Below, piece by piece: positions 45,603-58,023 of a DNA stretch of 64,000 nt. Both the position numbers and the translations under genes were made by a program. Source of the stretch: Gammaproteobacteria bacterium (GTDB lineage: Bacteria > Pseudomonadota > Gammaproteobacteria > UBA1113); NCBI GenBank assembly GCA_020051015.1, contig JAGVJQ010000091.1:1881-65880 (forward strand). Reading direction: 5' to 3'. Position 1 is the first letter of the stretch. Every line of letters begins with the position of its first letter. Under the pieces are notes generated by a model. That model was given only the letters and a program-made list of their open reading frames with translations, did not search any database and had not been told where the DNA came from.

Positions 45603-46874
45603 TTGACATTATATCAAGCAGTTAGAGGGATGAATGATATTTTGCCGGAGCAGGCAACGTTGTGGCAATGGGTTGAAACTAAGTTAAAAAATGTAGTTTC
45701 TCATTATGGTTACCAGGAAATTCGTTTCCCTATTGTCGAGTCCCTTGCTTTATTTAAACGCACTATTGGTGAGGTCACTGATATTGTCGAAAAAGAAATG
45801 TATGCCTTTGAAGATCGCAATGGCGACTGGCTAGCCCTGCGCCCTGAAGGTACTGCTGGTTGTGTGCGAGCAGGTATCGAACAAGGGATCTTGTACAATC
45901 AATTACAAAAATTGTGGTATAGTGGGCCGATGTTTCGGCATGAACGTCCGCAAAAAGGGCGTTGCCGCCAATTCCATCAGTTTGGTGTTGAAGCCTTTGG
46001 TTACGCCGGCCCGGATGTTGATGTTGAAATCATACTCATGACAGCCAGATTGTGGCGTGAGTTGGGTTTGGAATCACACATTGCTTTAGAGATAAACTCC
46101 CTTGGTTCATCTGCTGCAAGAGCTAATTATAGGCAGCAATTAGTGCAATATTACGATGCACACATTGACAGTTTGGATGAAGATAGCAAACGGCGATTAC
46201 ATACCAATCCCATGCGTATTTTAGATAGTAAAAATCCAGATATGCAAAAATTAAATACAAGTGCACCAAAGTTAAATGACTATTTAGATCCAGAATCACA
46301 ACAACATTTTGCAAAACTCTGCCAACTCTTGGATATTGCGCATATTAAATATACGGTTAATCCATGTTTGGTACGAGGATTGGATTATTATAACGGTACG
46401 GTATTTGAGTGGGTTACCACTAGTTTAGGCGCGCAGGGTACCGTTTGTGCTGGTGGTCGTTATGATGGCTTAGTTGAGCAATTGGGTGGCAAGACAACGC
46501 CAGCAATTGGATTTGCGTTAGGTTTGGAACGATTGGTTGCTTTAGTTGAGCAATTTGCTATGCCGCAATTGAATAGCAGTGCGGATATTTTTATTGTAGC
46601 GGTAGGTGAAGCTGCGGAATTACAAAGTTTGCAATTAGCTGAACAGTTAAGGAATGAATTTCCTCAACGCATTATTTTAACCAATTTGAATGGTGGTAAT
46701 TTCAAAAACCAAATGAAACGTGCTGATAAATCAGGCGCCCAATTAGCATTAATTATTGGTGATGATGAAGTCAATCAACAGACGGTGACAGTTAAAAATT
46801 TACGAATAGATGTATCGCAGCAAACAGTCAAATGTGTCGATTTGATTGATTTTATATCGATGAAAATTAAGTGA
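45603..46874 (+). CDS. hisS: histidine--tRNA ligase
   Basis: [15 protein letters not shown] and RGLDYY motifs. TTG start at 45603. Confidence 0.9.
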   Translation: MTLYQAVRGMNDILPEQATLWQWVETKLKNVVSHYGYQEIRFPIVESLALFKRTIGEVTDIVEKEMYAFEDRNGDWLALRPEGTAGCVRAGIEQGILYNQLQKLWYSGPMFRHERPQKGRCRQFHQFGVEAFGYAGPDVDVEIILMTARLWRELGLESHIALEINSLGSSAARANYRQQLVQYYDAHIDSLDEDSKRRLHTNPMRILDSKNPDMQKLNTSAPKLNDYLDPESQQHFAKLCQLLDIAHIKYTVNPCLVRGLDYYNGTVFEWVTTSLGAQGTVCAGGRYDGLVEQLGGKTTPAIGFALGLERLVALVEQFAMPQLNSSADIFIVAVGEAAELQSLQLAEQLRNEFPQRIILTNLNGGNFKNQMKRADKSGAQLALIIGDDEVNQQTVTVKNLRIDVSQQTVKCVDLIDFISMKIK

Positions 46875-46884
46875 GGGAGTAAGA

Positions 46885-47547
46885 ATGAGCGAATATATGA
46901 CCGACCATGATCGGGTTGAGGCACTCAAACGATGGTGGGATAACAATGGAACGGCATTGATAGTTGGTATTGTTTTAGGTTTAGCGGTTATTTTTGGGTG
47001 GCAATATTGGCAAAAACACCAATTAAATAAAGCTGCAGCCGCATCTCAAGCGTATCAAGTATTATTAGCAACCTCTATTCATAAAGATACGGATGTTTTT
47101 ATCCAACGTGCGCAAGCCATTATTAAAACTTATCCGCATTCTCCCTATGCATCTTTAAGCAGTTTATTATTGGCACATGTACAAGTTGATCAACATAATT
47201 ATCAAGCTGCATATGATAGCAACATGTGGGTAATCAATAAGTCAAATGATGCTGCATTAAAGCAAATCGCAAGAGTGCGTGCAGCAAGATTATTATTGGC
47301 AATGCACAAGCCTGATCAAGCATTAGCTTTATTAGATACAATGGACGATAAGAATTTTGCAATTTTAGTTGATGAAGTGCGTGGCGATATTTATGTTGTT
47401 AAACGCAACTTTCAAGCCGCTCGCCAAGCCTATATGCAAGCTCAGCAAGATGCTCCGGATAGCCCAGTATTATTGCCTATTTTGCAATTGAAATTAAGTA
47501 GTTTACCTGCGAGTGCAGCTGGAACATCTGTACCGACAGCAAAATAA
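46885..47547 (+). CDS. yfgM: YfgM family membrane-anchored TPR-like protein
   Basis: N-terminal EALKRWWDNNGTALIVGIVLGLAV anchor. Position hisS-yfgM-bamB conserved. Confidence 0.8.
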   Translation: MSEYMTDHDRVEALKRWWDNNGTALIVGIVLGLAVIFGWQYWQKHQLNKAAAASQAYQVLLATSIHKDTDVFIQRAQAIIKTYPHSPYASLSSLLLAHVQVDQHNYQAAYDSNMWVINKSNDAALKQIARVRAARLLLAMHKPDQALALLDTMDDKNFAILVDEVRGDIYVVKRNFQAARQAYMQAQQDAPDSPVLLPILQLKLSSLPASAAGTSVPTAK

Positions 47548-47553
47548 AATCAT

Positions 47554-47586
47554 CAGGGCGTATTGCATACGCCCATCGTATAAATT
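47554..47586. repeat. REP family copy (degenerate)
   Basis: CAGGGCGTAT-TGC-ATACGCCCATCGTATAAATT, 6 nt after the yfgM stop and inside the yfgM-bamB spacer. Confidence 0.7.
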
Positions 47587-47599
47587 TAGGAGTCATAAC

Positions 47600-48739
47600 G
47601 TGAGCTTTAAAAAGCCCTTCATATTAGCTATTTGTGCGATGCCTTTTATCGCAGCATGCACAAGTAAACAATCGTCATTGCCACCGTTAGCACCAGTAAC
47701 CTCATCGGTACCGGTTAATACTGTCTGGTATAAACATATCAATGCCAGTACCAAAATTGATTTTACTAAATTCACGCCAGCAGTAGATGGTTCGCAATTA
47801 TTTGCCAGTGATGTCAATGGTGATGTTGGATCTTTCCAATTAAATAACGGCTCAGACAATTGGCGTACACGGTTGAAGAAAGCTGCTAGTGGCGGTGTCG
47901 CTGTTGGTGGTGGTGCTGTATACGTTCCTACGGTGAATGGTGAATTGTATGCATTGAACGAACAAAATGGCGCCGTATTATGGCATGTGACATTACCTGA
48001 TCAATCAAATACTGCGGCAACTTACGCTAATGGCCAAGTGTATGTCAAAACGATCGATGGCAAATTAGTCGCATTAAATGCAAGCAATGGTCAAACGGTT
48101 TGGACTTATGATGAAGGTGCTACTGAATTACAATTATTGGGTAGTAGCCGTGCGGTTGTGTCAGGTAATACAGTTATTGCTGGATTCTCTGATGGCAAAG
48201 TAGATGCAATTAATGCTAATAATGGTCAATTGATCTGGCAGACTATCGTCGCAACTCCGCAAGGTTTTTCTGATGTTAGTCAGATGGTTGGTGTTTTTGC
48301 TGATCCAGTTATTTCTGGTAACGCAGTTTATGTTGCAAGTTACCATGGCACCATATCGGCATTGGATTTAAGCTCTGGTCGAATGATATGGCAACATCCC
48401 ATCTCAAATTATGCTGGTATTGCTGTGGATGACGATAGCGTATTTGCTACCAATACAGGCGGTACTATTTTTGCTTATAGCAAAGACGATGGTACTGTTT
48501 TGTGGAAACAATCTGCATTACATGGTCGAGAATTATCTGGTCCAGCTATAAATGGTAGTAACATCGTATTGGGTGATAATGAGGGTAATGTGCATTGGTT
48601 GTCTGAACAAGACGGGCATTTTACTGCCAGAACATTTGTTGGCAAATCTCCTATTGCGGTAACTCCGTTAGTCGTATCGGGTAATGTTATTGTGTTATCA
48701 CAGAATGGTAATGTATTTGTATTGAGGTTGGCGGCATGA
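47600..48739 (+). CDS. bamB: outer membrane protein assembly factor BamB
   Basis: GTG start at 47600 (AGGAG SD). Lipobox IAAC. Repeated PQQ-like beta-propeller blades (G.VYA.N...G..LW). Confidence 0.85.
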   Translation: MSFKKPFILAICAMPFIAACTSKQSSLPPLAPVTSSVPVNTVWYKHINASTKIDFTKFTPAVDGSQLFASDVNGDVGSFQLNNGSDNWRTRLKKAASGGVAVGGGAVYVPTVNGELYALNEQNGAVLWHVTLPDQSNTAATYANGQVYVKTIDGKLVALNASNGQTVWTYDEGATELQLLGSSRAVVSGNTVIAGFSDGKVDAINANNGQLIWQTIVATPQGFSDVSQMVGVFADPVISGNAVYVASYHGTISALDLSSGRMIWQHPISNYAGIAVDDDSVFATNTGGTIFAYSKDDGTVLWKQSALHGRELSGPAINGSNIVLGDNEGNVHWLSEQDGHFTARTFVGKSPIAVTPLVVSGNVIVLSQNGNVFVLRLAA

Positions 48740-50112
48740 TTCCTGTTATTGCAATTGTTGGCCGTCCCAATGTTGGAAAGTCGACCTTATTTAATCAATT
48801 GACTCGTTCACGCGATGCTTTAGTCGCAGATATGCCAGGCGTAACACGTGATAGGCAATATGGTGAAGGTAAAATTGGTGATGTACCTTTTATTGTGATC
48901 GATACGGGCGGGATTGCAGGCGAAGAATTTGGTATTCATGGTTTAACCAAAGAACAAGTAAAATTAGCTTTACATGAAGCAGACCGAGTGTTGTTTGTGT
49001 TGGATGCTAAAGAAGGGTTGACTGTTGATGACGAACATATTGCTCAAGAGTTACGTCAATTAGGTAAACCTATTTTTGTTGCGATCAATAAAGTAGATGG
49101 TAGTGATGAAGATCAAGCGATGGCTGATTTTTATCAACTCGGTTTTGATCGGTTGGTACCGATTGCAGCGACACATGGGCGTGGAATTCGGCATTTGGTA
49201 GATGCCATATTAGAAGGCGTTGAAGTTGTTGCAGAAGAACTACCACCAAGTATAGAGCAAGGTGTTAGAGTTGCTATTATTGGTCGTCCTAACGTTGGTA
49301 AATCAACATTAGTTAATCGTATTCTAGGTGAGAATCGCGTTATTACTAGTGATGAAGCAGGGACTACTCGTACCAGTATCTATATTCCTTTTGAACGACA
49401 AGGCCAAAACTACACGTTGATTGATACTGCTGGTGTTCGTCGGCGCGGTAAAGTTTTTGAAGCGGTAGAAAAATTTTCAGTGATTAAAACATTACAAGCA
49501 ATTGAAGCATGTAATGTGGCTGTTCTCGTCATTAGTGCACGCGATAATATTACCGAGCAAGATTTGCGATTATTAGGATTTATTCTTGAAGCGGGTAAAG
49601 CGGTTGTCATTGCTGTTAATAAATGGGATGGCATGGATAGTTATGATCGTGACCGTGTAAAAGTAGAGATTGATCGTCAGTTAACGTTTGTTGATTTTGC
49701 TCGTATGCATTTTATTTCAGCGTTACATGGCAGTGCTGTCGGTGAATTATATGCGTCGATTATGGAAGCCTATCATTCAGCCATGGTACCTATGCAATCA
49801 TCAGAACTAACGCGAATTCTGGAGCAAGCAGTAGCAGATTTTCAACCGCCCATGTCGCTTGGTCGTCGTATTAAATTACGTTATGCGCATCCCGGTGGAC
49901 ATAATCCGCCCGTGATTGTCATTCATGGTAATCAAACAGAGAAGCTACCAGATTCTTATCGTCGATATTTGATGAAAACATTTCGTCATGCTTTAAAGAT
50001 AATGGGCACACCGGTACGTCTGGTATTTAAGACCGGTGAAAATCCCTATGCAGGTAAGAAAAATCAATTAACGCCGCGACAAATTAAGAAAAAGCAGCGG
50101 ATTAGAAAATAA
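48736..50112 (+). CDS. der: ribosome-associated GTPase Der/EngA
   Basis: Two G domains, each with [17 protein letters not shown] and NKxD. KH-like C-terminus. Confidence 0.95.
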   Translation: MIPVIAIVGRPNVGKSTLFNQLTRSRDALVADMPGVTRDRQYGEGKIGDVPFIVIDTGGIAGEEFGIHGLTKEQVKLALHEADRVLFVLDAKEGLTVDDEHIAQELRQLGKPIFVAINKVDGSDEDQAMADFYQLGFDRLVPIAATHGRGIRHLVDAILEGVEVVAEELPPSIEQGVRVAIIGRPNVGKSTLVNRILGENRVITSDEAGTTRTSIYIPFERQGQNYTLIDTAGVRRRGKVFEAVEKFSVIKTLQAIEACNVAVLVISARDNITEQDLRLLGFILEAGKAVVIAVNKWDGMDSYDRDRVKVEIDRQLTFVDFARMHFISALHGSAVGELYASIMEAYHSAMVPMQSSELTRILEQAVADFQPPMSLGRRIKLRYAHPGGHNPPVIVIHGNQTEKLPDSYRRYLMKTFRHALKIMGTPVRLVFKTGENPYAGKKNQLTPRQIKKKQRIRK

Positions 50113-50140
50113 CGTAGGGGCGTATTGCATACGCCCATTT
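50113..50140. repeat. REP family copy
   Basis: CGTAGGGGCGTAT-TGC-ATACGCCC, immediately after the der stop and convergent with the kinase gene. Confidence 0.8.
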
Positions 50141-50200
50141 ATCAAACATCACAAATCATTCATATTGGCAAGTATCTAATTAATTGCACTTAGTTTCACC

Positions 50201-51613
50201 CTATATGATTTTATATTTCTTTGGAAAGCTTACAGTAACTTGCAGGCCAATGCCATTATCAGGCGTACCTAATTTTACTCTGGCATGATGTAACAAGGCA
50301 ATTTGTTGCACGATAGCAAGGCCTAAACCACTACCAGATTGTTTGGTACCTAGTACACGATAAAAGCGTTCAAATACACGTGAACGTAATTCAGCAGGAA
50401 TGCCAGGACCATTATCTGTTACGGTCATAATAACTTCATTAGCTAAATTTTCTAACTTAACTTTTACAAAACCATTGGCTGTACTATAACGAATAGCATT
50501 ATCAACTAAGTTTCTTAACATAATACTCAAGGCAGTGGTATTACCTTCAATGCTCGTTGATTCATCTGGGCAATCTAATTCTAGTTCAATATTTTTTTCC
50601 ATTGCAGCAGGAACTTGCATGCTAATTTCTTCAACAGCTAATTTATGTAAATTGACAAGAGTGATATCTTGTAAAGTTTGTGCTTCTTCAGGCACGATGC
50701 GACTTAATGTTAATAATTGTTGTACCACGTGTGCACTGCGATCAACACTAGAAATAAGTTTTTGAATGATTTCTTGTTGCTGTTGTTGATCAGTCACTTT
50801 TAAGGCTAATTGTGCTTGAGTTTTTAATGCAGCAAGTGGTGTTCGTAATTCATGCGCAGCATCGGCTGCAAAACGTTTTTCACGTTCCAATGCTTGCCGC
50901 AGTCGTAAAAATAAACGATTTAATTCATCAACCAGTGGTTTAATTTCAATAGGAACTGATGTTAAATCTACAGGTTCAAGATAATGCGGTTCGCGATGTG
51001 ATACTTCGTCGGCAACACGTCGCAATGAATCTAAGCCTTTACCAATAATAAGCCAAATATTTAAACCTAATAAAGGATAAACTAATAGCATGATATATAA
51101 ATCATCACGCGCCATGCGATTACCTAGTTCAGCACGTACATCATAACGTTCGGCAATATCAAGTATTAATCCAGTGTCATGATCTATTGCGGTAAAAACT
51201 CGCCATGATTGTTTCTTAATTTGTTTATTACTAAAACCGGGTTTATATGCGGATAGTGGTTCCGTTGGTGCATTCGCTGAGTGAATCAATAGTTGGTGAT
51301 CTTTATTCCAGACTTGGAATTGGAATTTATCTTCATAATTGTAATTAAACGGGTTGTAAACATTGTCGTAATAATTTTTGCCAATTTCAGGTACGCTATC
51401 TAATTCTTCTTGTATATTTTCTAAATCTTTTTGGCTGGTTTTATTGCCAATTAAAGCAATGAACGCTAAACCGGATTGGCTTAATAAGGAATCTAGGTGG
51501 TATTGAATATCTTTTTGATCGAGGATGTAATTACCAATTGCGGTGACGCTTGTGGTAATCACAATGCTAATGAGCAGATTAACGAGTAAAAACTTCCGTA
51601 TTGATAATAGCAT
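50201..51613 (-). CDS. sensor histidine kinase (QseC/PmrB family)
   Basis: Two TM segments, H-box AADAAHELRTPLAAL, N/G boxes LVDNAIRY and DNGPGI. I prefer the ATG at 51613 over the track TTG at 51631. Confidence 0.85.
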   Translation of the reverse strand: MLLSIRKFLLVNLLISIVITTSVTAIGNYILDQKDIQYHLDSLLSQSGLAFIALIGNKTSQKDLENIQEELDSVPEIGKNYYDNVYNPFNYNYEDKFQFQVWNKDHQLLIHSANAPTEPLSAYKPGFSNKQIKKQSWRVFTAIDHDTGLILDIAERYDVRAELGNRMARDDLYIMLLVYPLLGLNIWLIIGKGLDSLRRVADEVSHREPHYLEPVDLTSVPIEIKPLVDELNRLFLRLRQALEREKRFAADAAHELRTPLAALKTQAQLALKVTDQQQQQEIIQKLISSVDRSAHVVQQLLTLSRIVPEEAQTLQDITLVNLHKLAVEEISMQVPAAMEKNIELELDCPDESTSIEGNTTALSIMLRNLVDNAIRYSTANGFVKVKLENLANEVIMTVTDNGPGIPAELRSRVFERFYRVLGTKQSGSGLGLAIVQQIALLHHARVKLGTPDNGIGLQVTVSFPKKYKII

Positions 51614-51705
51614 TTGTATTGTATTTACCAAATGTTAAAAGGCAGCAACATGCTGCCTTTAATGGAGCTATTAATATTTCATCAATAGCCCCTAATTATA
51701 AAGGA

Positions 51706-52374
51706 TTAAGCTGTACCTTCTTTTGGAACCATGTATCCAATACCACGAATGGTGCGGATAAGATCGGAACCAAACTTTTTACGTAAGTTGTGAATATGCA
51801 CTTCAAGTGCATTACTGTCAACATCTTCGTCCCAATTGTATAGGCTTTGGCTAAGTTGTTCACGTGATAAAGCTTTGCCTTGATTTTCTACTAACTTTAA
51901 GAGTAGGGCAAATTCACGTCGTGGTAGATTCATTAATGCGCCTTCATACAATACCGTATGTGAAGTAGCGTCAATTTCAATCTTGCCATATTTAAGTGCA
52001 GAAGACGCACGCTCAACACTACGTCGTTGTAGTGCACGCAAGCGAGCGATGACTTCGTTTAAATCAAATGGCTTAACCATATAATCATCAGCGCCCATAT
52101 CAAGACCTTTTATCCGATCATCAACGGCATCACGTGCGGTTAAAATCAAGACCGGTGTTTTGTCTTCACGCAGACGTAAATTATCTAATACGCGCAGTCC
52201 TGGCATTTTGGGCAAACCCAAATCTAGCATAACGATATCGAAATGCTCTGAACGTAAGGCTTGGTCAGCAGAAATGCCATCCTTTACCCAATCAACTGCG
52301 TAACCTTCATGCTTCAAGCCTTGATAGAGGCCATCGCCTAAGGTTTCATCATCTTCAACCATTAGCACTCGCAT
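51706..52374 (-). CDS. OmpR-family response regulator (PmrA/QseB/BasR-like)
   Basis: MRVLMVEDD...DLGLPKMPGL...PVLILTARD...GADDYMVKPF is collinear with E. coli BasR/QseB. Winged-helix C-terminus. Confidence 0.9.
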   Translation of the reverse strand: MRVLMVEDDETLGDGLYQGLKHEGYAVDWVKDGISADQALRSEHFDIVMLDLGLPKMPGLRVLDNLRLREDKTPVLILTARDAVDDRIKGLDMGADDYMVKPFDLNEVIARLRALQRRSVERASSALKYGKIEIDATSHTVLYEGALMNLPRREFALLLKLVENQGKALSREQLSQSLYNWDEDVDSNALEVHIHNLRKKFGSDLIRTIRGIGYMVPKEGTA

Positions 52375-52528
52375 ATTAACTTCTCCTTAGGGACACACTT
52401 TAGTTATAGCGCTATTTTACGTCACTTGCAATTTTGTCTCATATAACTCAATGAGTTATCGCTATGTAACGTGTTTTGTTAATGGGCATTTTATAGGCAA
52501 AACCTTAATGAAATCTGAACTAGGGTTT

Positions 52529-52730
52529 ATTTACAATTCTACTATGCTGGGCATTAAGCCTCGATTTTCGGCGCTCCGCTGCTCACAGACGGCCAAGTAT
52601 GCTCCGCTGCGGTGCTCGAAAATCAAGTCTTTCTGCCACAGCCTAGCGACAAATTGGCGCCAGCCAATTTGGACGGCTAAAAGCCGCCCCGCAGGGGTGA
52701 GGGCCGAAGGCCCGAATCAATTGTAAACAG
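52529..52730. repeat. composite repeat: TTTACAATT hairpin element carrying two nested miniature inserts
   Basis: The outer sequence matches 31701-31748. An 83-nt insert (52562-52644) has IR CGATTTTCGG/TCGAAAATCA. The 70-nt four-hairpin insert lies at 52650-52719. Confidence 0.75.
52650..52719. mobile_element. four-hairpin GC-rich miniature element, copy B
   Basis: Stems AAATTGGC/GCCAATTT, CGGC/GCCG, CCCC/GGGG, GGGCC/GGCCC. Collinear with 8010-8081, with compensatory stem changes. Confidence 0.65.
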
Positions 52731-52733
52731 ACC

Positions 52734-53462
52734 TTATGCGTTCTTAAAAATTAAATTAAAAGGTTGAAAAAAAATTTGTACATCAGGATTGGTTATAAAC
52801 GACAAATTATAGGGGTGTTCGGCAATAAAGCTATTGTCTGATAAGGGAGGATACAAAGCAGGTATGATTTCGGCAATTTTTCCTAATAAAATCAACTTAA
52901 TATTGGGTTTTTCATGATGAATTTTAGTTAATAGGGTACGCATAAAGGGTTGCCAAGCTTTGGCATCATATTTCACGGGATTATTACTTAAAACCAGGCT
53001 TGCATTTAATAATAAGATCCCTTTTTTTTGCATATTACCAAATAAATCTGCTGCTGTGCATACTAAGTCAGTTTTAGGTAATGCACTAATGGCCGGTTGT
53101 GATAAATCATCAATAGTCAAACGGCCGTGTGTTAATAACAACATTTTGATGAAATTTCGTAGCGAAGTTGCCCGATTCACGGTTTTACTTAATCCTTGCG
53201 GCGACCATAAATCAGTGACGGCATTATCCCAAAAAGCATAGCCATTTGCTGATTGAGCGCGTGGGTAGGGTGATTCACCAAATAAAATATAATTAGTCTC
53301 AGACAGTGGCAAAGAAAATGCATTAAATATCATATGGTTACCAGGTAACCAATCCGTATGAGCAGTAAGTTCGCATAAATATTCTGGATTAACTTGAGCT
53401 AATGCTTCCTTGATCAGTGGTTGCCAGCTTGGGTGAATATTATTTAAATTTAATTCAGGCAT
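52734..53462 (-). CDS. family-1 uracil-DNA glycosylase-like protein with altered catalytic motif
   Basis: Collinear with E. coli Ung: [26 protein letters not shown]. Motif A is GESPYP instead of GQDPYH. ATG at 53462 (GGAG SD). Confidence 0.65.
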   Translation of the reverse strand: MPELNLNNIHPSWQPLIKEALAQVNPEYLCELTAHTDWLPGNHMIFNAFSLPLSETNYILFGESPYPRAQSANGYAFWDNAVTDLWSPQGLSKTVNRATSLRNFIKMLLLTHGRLTIDDLSQPAISALPKTDLVCTAADLFGNMQKKGILLLNASLVLSNNPVKYDAKAWQPFMRTLLTKIHHEKPNIKLILLGKIAEIIPALYPPLSDNSFIAEHPYNLSFITNPDVQIFFQPFNLIFKNA

Positions 53463-53547
53463 GAGATTCTCCGTAAGATACTTGCAACCTGGTTTGATCA
53501 TCACTTATGATGACAACCATCATAAATATGAATCAAAGGTAACGCTC

Positions 53548-53730
53548 ATGGATAAACAATTGTTGGCGATGTTAGTATGTCCACAGTGTAAAGGCAAGCT
53601 GGATTATCAAGCGAGTAAAAAAGAATTAATTTGCCGGTTTGATAAATTAGCCTTTCCTATTCGCGACGGTATTCCCGTCATGCTAATCGAAGAAGCTCGA
53701 CATGTGACGTTGGAGGAATTAGAGCGGTGA
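53548..53730 (+). CDS. ycaR: Trm112/YcaR family zinc-ribbon protein
   Basis: 60 aa, [14 protein letters not shown]...[11 protein letters not shown]. Precedes kdsB as in E. coli. Track start 53461 rejected. Confidence 0.85.
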   Translation: MDKQLLAMLVCPQCKGKLDYQASKKELICRFDKLAFPIRDGIPVMLIEEARHVTLEELER

Positions 53731-54503
53731 AATTTCATGTCATTATCCCAGCGCGCTTACAATCTTCACGTTTACCACGCAAAGTCTTATTAGATATTGG
53801 CGGTAAAGCGATGGTGCAACGAACCTATGAACAAGCTTGCGCAAGTAATGCTGCGTCGGTGCATATCGCTACTGATAGCGAAGAAGTTTATGCAGCCGTA
53901 AAGCAATTTACCGATCATGTTTTAATGACTAAAGAATCGCATCCAACGGGCACAGATAGAATTGCCGAAGCTATTACATTATGTAATTTGCATACCAATG
54001 ACATTATCGTCAATTTACAAGGCGATGAGCCTTTTATTCCACCCATAATGTTAAATCAAGTGGCGGAATTATTAAATAAACATTCACAAGCGGCAATGGC
54101 TACCTTGTGCGAACCCATCAATGAATTGAAAGACGTGTTTAATCCAAATGTGGTTAAAGTGGTCATGAATGAAAAACAAGAAGCGCTTTATTTTAGCCGT
54201 GCACCTATTCCATGGCAGCGTGGCGTATTTCATCATGATATTTCGCAAATACCCGATGAGCTTGAGTTAAATGAACAATATTTTCGCCATATTGGGTTAT
54301 ACGCTTATCGAGCAGGTTTTGTTACAGACTATGTGCAATGGCCAGTTGATCCCGTTGAGCAATTAGAACAATTAGAGCAACTTCGTGTTTTAAGACGTGG
54401 CTATCGGATTGCAATTGCCCCAGCATGTGCGACATCGCCGATTGGAGTTGATACGGCAGAAGATTTGGCTGTGGCAAGACAGCTAGCAGAAAAATTTCAA
54501 TAA
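53727..54503 (+). CDS. kdsB: 3-deoxy-manno-octulosonate cytidylyltransferase
   Basis: [17 protein letters not shown] and NLQGDEP motifs. The GTG start overlaps the ycaR stop. Confidence 0.9.
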   Translation: MKFHVIIPARLQSSRLPRKVLLDIGGKAMVQRTYEQACASNAASVHIATDSEEVYAAVKQFTDHVLMTKESHPTGTDRIAEAITLCNLHTNDIIVNLQGDEPFIPPIMLNQVAELLNKHSQAAMATLCEPINELKDVFNPNVVKVVMNEKQEALYFSRAPIPWQRGVFHHDISQIPDELELNEQYFRHIGLYAYRAGFVTDYVQWPVDPVEQLEQLEQLRVLRRGYRIAIAPACATSPIGVDTAEDLAVARQLAEKFQ

Positions 54504-54560
54504 CCCCTTTTGTTTATTCATTAAATCATAAATAATAAATTGATTTAATGGTGGGGTTGT

Positions 54561-55092
54561 ATGTCATCAATATTCTATAAAAGCGGTTTTGGTCTAATCG
54601 AGTTAATGGCGACATTCGTTATTGTCAGTGTATTATTAATGATGGGTTTGCCCATGCTTAATAATTATATGGAGCAGACCCGTGCCGATGTTAGAATCAT
54701 GCAACTCTATAACACACTTTTATTTGCACATAATACAGCTTTAAATGCAAATCAACCCATTATTATTTGTCCAACTAGTAATAGGCAATCTTGTGGGGGA
54801 AGTTGGAGTGGTGATTTAATGGTTTTTACTGATATCAATCATAACCAGCGAGTTGATAGCAATGATCGCATTTTGCGAATCCTTGAACCCAATACGGCAG
54901 GAACGTTAACGTGGAAAGGGTTTGGTTCAAGTAATTATTTACTCTTTGTGCCATATGGCTTAAATAATCAACAAAATGGCACATTTATTTATTGTAGCCC
55001 CTCTCATCAAATGAGCCTTGCTCGTGGTATTATTGTTAATAAATCAGGGAGAGCGCGTTTAGCGCAGGTGACTAACCAAGGTGGAATAGTTG

Positions 55093-55121
<29 letters not shown>
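54561..55121 (+). CDS. fimT: type IV minor pilin, FimT/GspH family
   Basis: Prepilin leader plus G^FGLIELM N-methylation motif. GspH-like body. Confidence 0.7.
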
Positions 55122-56948
<1,827 letters not shown>

Positions 56949-56952
56949 TAAA

Positions 56953-56988
56953 CGTAGGGGCGTATGCAATACGCCCCTACGATAGATT
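56953..56988. repeat. REP family copy between convergent serS and lpxH
   Basis: CGTAGGGGCGTAT-GCA-ATACGCCCCTACGATAGATT is identical to the copy at 7743. It starts 4 nt after the serS stop and abuts the lpxH stop. Confidence 0.85.
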
Positions 56989-57704
56989 TACATCATCAAC
57001 TCAAAACTTCCATCATCATGTACCCACAATGCACTGTATCGTTCTTCATGCCAATCACCTAACACGATCCAGCGTTTGAAATTATTACCATCGCGATACA
57101 AGTGAATACCTGGTCGATGAGTATGACCATAAATCAATAAATCAGCATTACTCAGCTGAATTTGTCTTAAAATTTCATTTTGATTCGCATCTAAAATAAC
57201 GTGTTGCTGTTTTTTTTGATGGCGTATGCTTAATAAACGCATAGTTGCTGCAACTGCTTTGCGAAACCAAAGTGGGGTGCGTAAAAAACGCTTTATTGTG
57301 ATAGGATTTCGACTTTTGATACGATATGCTTGATAGCGTTTATCATCAATACACAATAAATCACCGTGCATTAACAACGTTTTCATGCCATATAAATTTA
57401 TAAGCACGGGCTCTTGTAATAACGTAACCCCCGTTTCTCTGCAAAATTGCTCGCCGATTAAAAAATCACGATTACCAACAATAAAATAACAAGGAATATG
57501 TTGCGTTAATGATTTTAAGGCAGCATAGATTGGCACTAAATAGGGCTGCAGATTATCATCACCAATCCAACGATCAAATAAGTCGCCAAGAATATATACG
57601 GCTTCGGCTTCGGTTTGAGCTTGTTCTAACAATACAATAAATTGTCGATTCAGCTCAGGCTGAGTGGCGGCAAGATGTAAGTCAGAGATAAATAATGTGG
57701 TCAT
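56988..57704 (-). CDS. lpxH: UDP-2,3-diacylglucosamine diphosphatase
   Basis: LFISDLHL, GDLFD, GNRD and HGD metallophosphoesterase motifs. 238 aa. Confidence 0.9.
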   Translation of the reverse strand: MTTLFISDLHLAATQPELNRQFIVLLEQAQTEAEAVYILGDLFDRWIGDDNLQPYLVPIYAALKSLTQHIPCYFIVGNRDFLIGEQFCRETGVTLLQEPVLINLYGMKTLLMHGDLLCIDDKRYQAYRIKSRNPITIKRFLRTPLWFRKAVAATMRLLSIRHQKKQQHVILDANQNEILRQIQLSNADLLIYGHTHRPGIHLYRDGNNFKRWIVLGDWHEERYSALWVHDDGSFELMM

Positions 57705-57772
57705 AATATTATGAAATATAATGTAATTTGAGGATATCTACAAATCAAATAAAGTTTTGCAAAAATTATGAA

Positions 57773-57932
57773 CGTAGGGTGGGCTAAATATTGTTGTCCT
57801 CGAAGAGGTATCGCATTACAATATGTGCCCACCATTGGTGGTGTGTGTTGGCATGATGGTGGGCACACATCGCCTCATTATCCTACCAGATTTCAATTTT
57901 GGTACGGGATGCGATGTTTAGCCCACCCTACG
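57773..57932. repeat. 160-bp MITE (GGTGGGCAC family), best-preserved copy
   Basis: 16-bp perfect TIRs CGTAGGGTGGGCTAAA / TTTAGCCCACCCTACG. Central hairpin TGTGCCCACCAT / ATGGTGGGCACA. Confidence 0.9.
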
Positions 57933-58023
57933 CATATTTTCCAAGATACTGTTAGCCCCTAGCCGAACCCGCCAAAATCCTGTAAAATTCCAATCTTTAG
58001 AACATTTTATATTGAATACTTAT

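Noticed and set aside
52451-52726. 91-aa track ORF upstream of the response regulator
   Set aside because: It is composed of the nested miniature repeats. The reading frame is a by-product of GC-rich hairpins.
57768-57962. 64-aa track ORF between lpxH and gltX; likewise 40437..40643 and 401..649
   Set aside because: Each coincides with a MITE/palindromic repeat copy. None has an SD, and the Trp/Gly/His-rich translations recur only because the DNA repeat recurs.
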